64,000 nucleotides of DNA from assembly GCA_002269645.1 (NCBI GenBank), contig NIVC01001186.1, forward strand, positions 277,990 through 341,989. The letters are read 5' to 3'. This document shows positions 58,072-64,000 of this stretch, one piece after another. The notes under the pieces were generated by a model that did no database searches, was not told where the DNA came from, and was given only the letters and a program-made list of their open reading frames with translations. The position numbers and the translations under genes are program-made. Source of the DNA: Macrostomum lignano (Eukaryota). Each line of letters opens with the position of its first letter. Within the stretch, counting starts at the first letter, position 1.

Positions 58072-61000
58072 TGCTTTATTGTGCTTGACGTGTCAAACAT
58101 TTCGAGAAATCTTGAAACTATGACGTATCTGAGCGCTGATACTCCGAGCTTGTTTATAGACGACTAAGATAGAAGGACGTTCCCCTTGTCTGTCATTACA
58201 GAGGTCTCATTAGTGTATTAATAGACTGTTTTTGCACAGGGTATGGTATAGACTCCTCCCTTTTTTATTGGGTAGAAATACTTCATAGCAAAAAATATTT
58301 TTCCATGGAGCTTGAATTTTACAAATAATATTGACATCAATCCAAGGACAGCTATAAAATTAGGATAAGGCACTCGGTTTCATCTAGAACGTTGTGGCTT
58401 CAGTGTCTGAGATTCTTTGTCTTTTGTTTTAAACTTGATGAATAGAAACAAATGTTTTAACTCATTACAATATTTTATACTAACTGCGGATTCTCTATGG
58501 ATTCTAAATGTTTGTCTCTAACCTTTGCCAATCACTGTACTGTATACCGATTCCGAAAACAAATATTTGTATCTAATCGATAGTTGAACTGAATGTCGCA
58601 TGACAACACTTACGCGTTACGTTTATTATCCATCCAAAACTGGTCGTAACTACCGCGTTACAAACTGCGATCTTGGCGCAACGAAGTGTGTTGCTACTAG
58701 AGATAGAAGTCTTCAGTAAGTATTTTTGAGGTTGCAGGGACGTCACAAAGACGAATCGATTCCATTATAAGATCAAACGTACAGATAAAATAGCCTCAAA
58801 GCATTATTGATTCTCTATGTTTCTAAATATCTGATCACAAAATGAGTGCATTCGTCTCAGGGACGTCCCTTCAACATCAGAAAGCTTTCTGAAGACGTCT
58901 CACCCGCACAGCATTTGCACGTCGGCGTCGTCGAACAATGGGTTCGTCAGCGGACGTCGGAATGTTGCTTAATAGTAACTTTGGTTTGTAATCTTCGGGA
59001 TTCGATAGCGCCATACAATCGTCTATCTCTATAGATTTTCGACAACTAGCTAATTCACTTCGTTTTACGTTAAACATTTTTCTTGTCGTTAAATCTTTCG
59101 CATAATTTTAACAAACGTCAATATACCACTAGCATATCGTCTAATATCATGCATCAGGATCATAATTTTTTGAGAGTAGTTCTAGCTTCTGTCAGAAATT
59201 TGTTTGCATTGCTCGGGACAAATACGAGATCTACTGATTTACTGAGCTAGTTGCTATTTGCCCAAAATTAATAAACCATGCCCAATAAAACTGACTATGT
59301 AGCCATATACCAGTTGTCAAAGTTTCTGCCCATGCGATCCAAGGTACGCAGAAAGCATTGACTTAAGCTTCATAGTGCAGTGTAGAGTTTGTTAAGTTGC
59401 TATCAGTTTGATTAAATGCAAGTCTAGCTAAGCAAATATACGTAACTCTAACTCCGACTAATTGTCTACCGAATGAATATTTAGGGGCACACACTCATAG
59501 AAGCAATTTTCTATTTCGCGTTATTGGCTTAGATAAAACATTCTCCGATTTAATCATGCACGGTAACAATCGTCAAGTGCAACGCATCTGATTATAGTTC
59601 CTATTATTTGCAAATCATCAGTATAGCTTTCTTTGATTGACAGCTAGCGGCTGCCGTCATAAAGCTTAATTTACACACGGGATGGACAATAGAAAAAATA
59701 TTCGCTGGTGGCTTTTTTGGTTTTGCTATTTTGCAACGCAACCAGCCCGTGAGGCAATTCTGCTCATTCCGCTGACCCCTGAGCACCTTCAATACAAGCT
59801 GTACATGTACAGCGGCCCTGACTCTCTAATCATCAGGCATGCATGTGATGGGGTTTCAAAATATTAATTTTTAAAGCGTATGCCATCGTTTACGAGAACG
59901 CTTACTTCAAATACGTATTGCTAGCTATAGCTATATTAGTAGGAAGGTAGAATTTAGCATTTGCATTTGCATTTTGCATATTTTAGTCTTTATATAGCAG
60001 TTATATTAGAATTAACATTTATTTATGCGCACTCTAATTAAGGAAGTTACACGCATGCATGGAAAAACTGAATTGCAAATTCAGCCAACAATGAGTGCGC
60101 AAACTACTTTCCAGGATAAGTAGAGTAATTCAGTCATTGATAAAAAATTATCTCGTGGTTTAAAATAACAACAGAGCGAGTAATTAGTTCGTACATGTAA
60201 CAGCTGTATATTAATTATGAAAAATTTCGACACCAAGACTCAAGCTGATTAAGAATATCATCGAAACTGAAAGAGTAGTGAAAAAAAGATTAATAATATG
60301 GTAGCTCGTAATATTGCAATAAATTAACAAAATAGTATACAGTATATGGAAACTAAATGTGTCTGATTTTGTGTTTTTTTCAGCTGCGTTACTGTTTTTA
60401 GGCGGTTTAAATGGTAATGCAAGTTTTTCAAATTTGAAAAAATAAATTGTACATCATCATTACTTAGAGAATACTTCGACAAACCTGAAAGACAGTGGTA
60501 GTGTGATTAAACATACTATCATTCTTACATGTAGCTAATTAAATGTACGTAAGTCATTACGACATGCTCCATGCAGAATATATAAATAAAAATGAGCAAC
60601 TTTTAGTAACAACACATTGCATATAACCATGAGTATAGCCAAAAAATCATAAAATACTCAGCACGATGCTTTTGATTTGTTTATACATGTACATGTACGA
60701 GTACATGTATCTTTAATGGCTTGATATTTTTTATTAATTGCAACTTTTATTATTTAAAAAATATTTTATATTTTGAAACTATCAGCATATTTACGTTTAT
60801 TTATTTACTTAGCTACCTTAAAACGTTTTCCTTATTATAAGCTCATAAATTTTTGCGACAACGCGATCGACACAGCTGGAAACCGCGTTAAATCACTCAA
60901 ACTAAAACAAATATCTCACAGTGTATGAAACAACTACAGTATATTAGTTGCCAGAAAAATATTAATACATTATTAGACAGTGCAAGTCATTATTAGAGCT

Positions 61001-63671
61001 ATGTATGCATAGATGGAAATAAGAATCCTAAAAATGAAGCTCTCGATCATCGCCCAGTCTCTGCTGAGCACTGCTCAACGTCGCGTCCATCGTCGGCCGA
61101 GTCCGCCGTCAGCAGCGTCGCTGCGCCGCCGAAGCCTTTCACAGCGAGCCTGGCGTCGACAATGCAAGCGTCCACTCCGGTTTCTTCACCTACGAATCCG
61201 CCCTGCATCAGCAGCGTGTCCGCGTTCTGGCCGCCTGCGCGTTTTGAAAAATTATTTTTTTGAGGCTTCACTAACTACTAAACTACGGAACGAGTATGCA
61301 TACATATAAATAAGTTTGAATGCTTAATGACTGAGAATAATTGAAAAAAACAATAATAATTGATAGCTTCGCATCGAATTAACACATGTATTTAAGCAAT
61401 AAATGTTGTTATTAGACCACTGCAGGGCTTCATGTCGTATTAAACTATGGCAACTGCAGTACGAGCAAAAGGACTCAATTTTCTTATAAATTTTAGCTAG
61501 AGGCCAGTAAGGAACGCATATCGCTGGGGGTGCAGCAAGTATGGATCTCGAGAATGCATACATGTAGCACTGAATGGGGTTTCGACAAATTAAGACCAAC
61601 TCGGTCGTGCAAAAACCCGCGCTAGAAAAATCCGATTTCTGGAGCTGCATTCTCGTTTGACTCTGCATGCAGGGTTGACAGAATTCTGCACGCTCAATCG
61701 TGCTGGGTTGCTTATGTCAACGGCTACTAGCTACTTTAAATGTACTAGCAATAGGACAGATATATGACGTTCCTTACGGCCTACAACTTACTTCTTAGAA
61801 AATCTAAGAAGGATGAAGGAATAACATGGATTGCTCATCTGAAACTTGAAATTTACCCCCGTAGGAAACTATTGACTGATGAAAGTTAAAAATTATCCCC
61901 CATAGGATTTGATTTGTTTTGAAGATGCATCTTTGGATTCCCAACAGTTCTGCAGCGAGTGAAATTCCACGGGTGATTATTTTTAACTTTCATCAGCCAA
62001 AATTGACCATAGACGCATTTATTTACCAATCAAGTTGAGCACAGGGGAGCCCTGAATGGCGACAGACATTGAGTGCACATTTTGAAGATCATGGATCAGT
62101 GGTACAGTAGGCTGTTCTATTTTTAGAAACAACTTTCTTGCTGTACTATACTATATGCTGGAGTCTCATTAGATTATTAAAACTATCTTAGACTATTTAA
62201 CATCAGCACAATTCAGACTTCCATTGCTGAAATTCGTGTAACTGAAATCCACACACGCGACTGAGGTAGAGCATTCGTTCGAACACGCATAGTTAGTTAA
62301 GTCAGTAAGCTCTTTTCCAAATCGATTTTCACTTTCAGCAGAGAAGAGGAGCTTATACATGCATTTAATAGCCGTCCCTATGACTCAGCTTAGTGATGAG
62401 TACTCAAGGCGTTTGCTGTCAGACCGCTTAAGTGATCAATATTAGAAAACATCAAGTAGAGAACGTGGTTGCGTAACCGACATCTAAACAAATGTCGGTT
62501 ACGAAAAAACGACTCTGGGGCCCGTGCTATAGAATCAGTAGTTAGGAGTTCGGAGCTAGGACTCAAGAGTACTCTTGCCAAGGAGTGATTGAATTTTGTG
62601 TGCTATAGATTTCATGAGTTCAGCCACCTAGGAGCTAGGAGCTAGGACACTTTTAAGGATTTAGGAGTTAAGAGTATTCTATAGCATGGACCCCAGAGGG
62701 AGCGTTCTAGGAGTGACGATATTTCTTCTAGCTTAGACGTGGAAAAAATTTAGAAAACGATTGTTATCGCAATTCTTTTCCTTCACTTTAACTGATTGGG
62801 AGGCTTGTCAATCATACACTCATACACATGCACATCTATCTTGGCAGAAAGGCAAAATTAAAATTGTAGAACTCAGTGTCGGTTAAAAATAGTAGCGTTA
62901 TACATGCATGGAGATTTATTAATTAAATGTTGCGGTTCAAAACCCAATAGCTAACTGGTATATGTGGTTATGCATATTAAAAATGAAATTAAATGCATGG
63001 ATATGCATGTATACCGACGATCAGGTGATGTAATATATCAAAATCAACAGGTGGAATAAGACTTCTTCTGATAACTTCTGACAATATTCGAGATCTCTAA
63101 AGCCATTTTTTAAAGTCATGGGTTGGGTGAATCCATGGGTAAATATACTTGATGATTGCAATAATATAGCCAGTAAAAACTCAAGTGAAAAAACACAGGC
63201 AAAGATATTTAAACAGGAACGGTTCTGCATGCCAGTTGTGAGACGTCTCTAAATTTAACGCGCTTCGACCCGCAATATACAGTTGGAGTGTAAATCTATA
63301 ACTTGCATCCTTTGCACCTACCGATGAGTAGTTGAGAGAATTGCTCCTCATCTGAGGCAGCCTCCTGCTCAACAATTGTATCCTTTGGCAGCCCGTCAAC
63401 ATACAGAATGTAGGAGCTTGGCATTCTTTAGATTGGGCGAGTTGGCGTTGGTTACAGTGAGTTAGTCTTAAATTGTAGCATTCTGTGAAGAGTTTCCCCA
63501 CTTGCAATATGGGTTCCTATTTTCGTTTTTTTCTATAGCCGTCCTGCATCTACATTGGACGGTAGGCTGGCTGTTCGAGAATTCCCGAGGCTTAATAAAC
63601 TAGTTAACTTTTTCAAAATTGTTTTTGAAGATTAGGAGCGTTCTTCCTAATGCGAAAGAGTACCATTTTCT

Positions 63672-64000
63672 GTCAAGAGGTGGAGAGCACACTGGTCATG
63701 AGGAGGAGAGCACACTGTTTGGTCATGAGGAGGAGATCACACTGTTTGGTCATGAGGAGGAGATCACACTGTTTGGTCATGAGGAGGAGATCACACTGTT
63801 TGGTCATGAGGAGGAGATCACACTGTTTGGTCATGAGGAGGAGATCACACTGTTTGGTCATGAGAAGGAGATCACACTGTTTGGTCATGAGGAGGAGATC
63901 ACACTGTTTGGTCATGAGGAGGAGATCACACTGTTTGGTCATGAGGAGGAGATCACACTGTTTGGTCATGAGGAGGAGATCACACTGTTTGGTCATGAGG
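63672..64000. repeat. Minisatellite, 27-bp unit (GAGGAGGAGATCACACTGTTTGGTCAT); runs off the window end
   Basis: Tandem repetition. Confidence 0.95.

Noticed and set aside
58877-59077. bHLH basic-region-like RRRRRANAVR on the minus strand
   Set aside because: The diagnostic E-R-x-R and helix 1 do not follow, and no second exon with an HLH was found. Too short to call.
61877-61996. ~25-bp inverted repeat (TGATGAAAGTTAAAAAT...)
   Set aside because: Probably a small decayed MITE; no TSD or defined ends, so not annotated as a feature.
1-64000. CRISPR arrays
   Set aside because: All arrays are head-to-tail repeats without unique spacers, there are no cas genes, and the context is eukaryotic.

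Overview
This is animal (invertebrate) genomic DNA, not prokaryotic. It has GT-AG introns, GC-rich exons, and introns and spacers packed with unrelated minisatellites. The style resembles a lophotrochozoan such as the flatworm Macrostomum, but that is inference only. Genes I could reconstruct by hand: (1) the 3' part of a WSC-domain protein gene (+), whose Pro-rich stalk is encoded by 11 tandemly duplicated 33-nt symmetric micro-exons; (2) PXMP2 (-, 4 exons); (3) DHX36/RHAU G-quadruplex helicase (-, 8 exons), with the DHX36-specific motif and an apparent mitochondrial presequence exon; (4) a divergent Mps1/TTK-like kinase (-); (5) two intronless PAN/apple + C-type-lectin paralogs (+) sharing a 198-bp near-identical internal tract; (6) a TRPV5/6-like channel (+) with a 1-nt frameshift. 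Mobile DNA includes an intact 2.77-kb hAT (Buster/Charlie/SPIN-type) element with TIRs, an 8-bp TSD and a 603-aa transposase. There is also a probable 4.6-kb non-autonomous Helitron carrying two minisatellites, a solo LTR, a truncated RTE-like LINE, a tRNA/CORE-type SINE and several foldback MITEs. Most long ORFs in the supplied track are satellite artefacts. All exon structures are manual predictions without transcript evidence.
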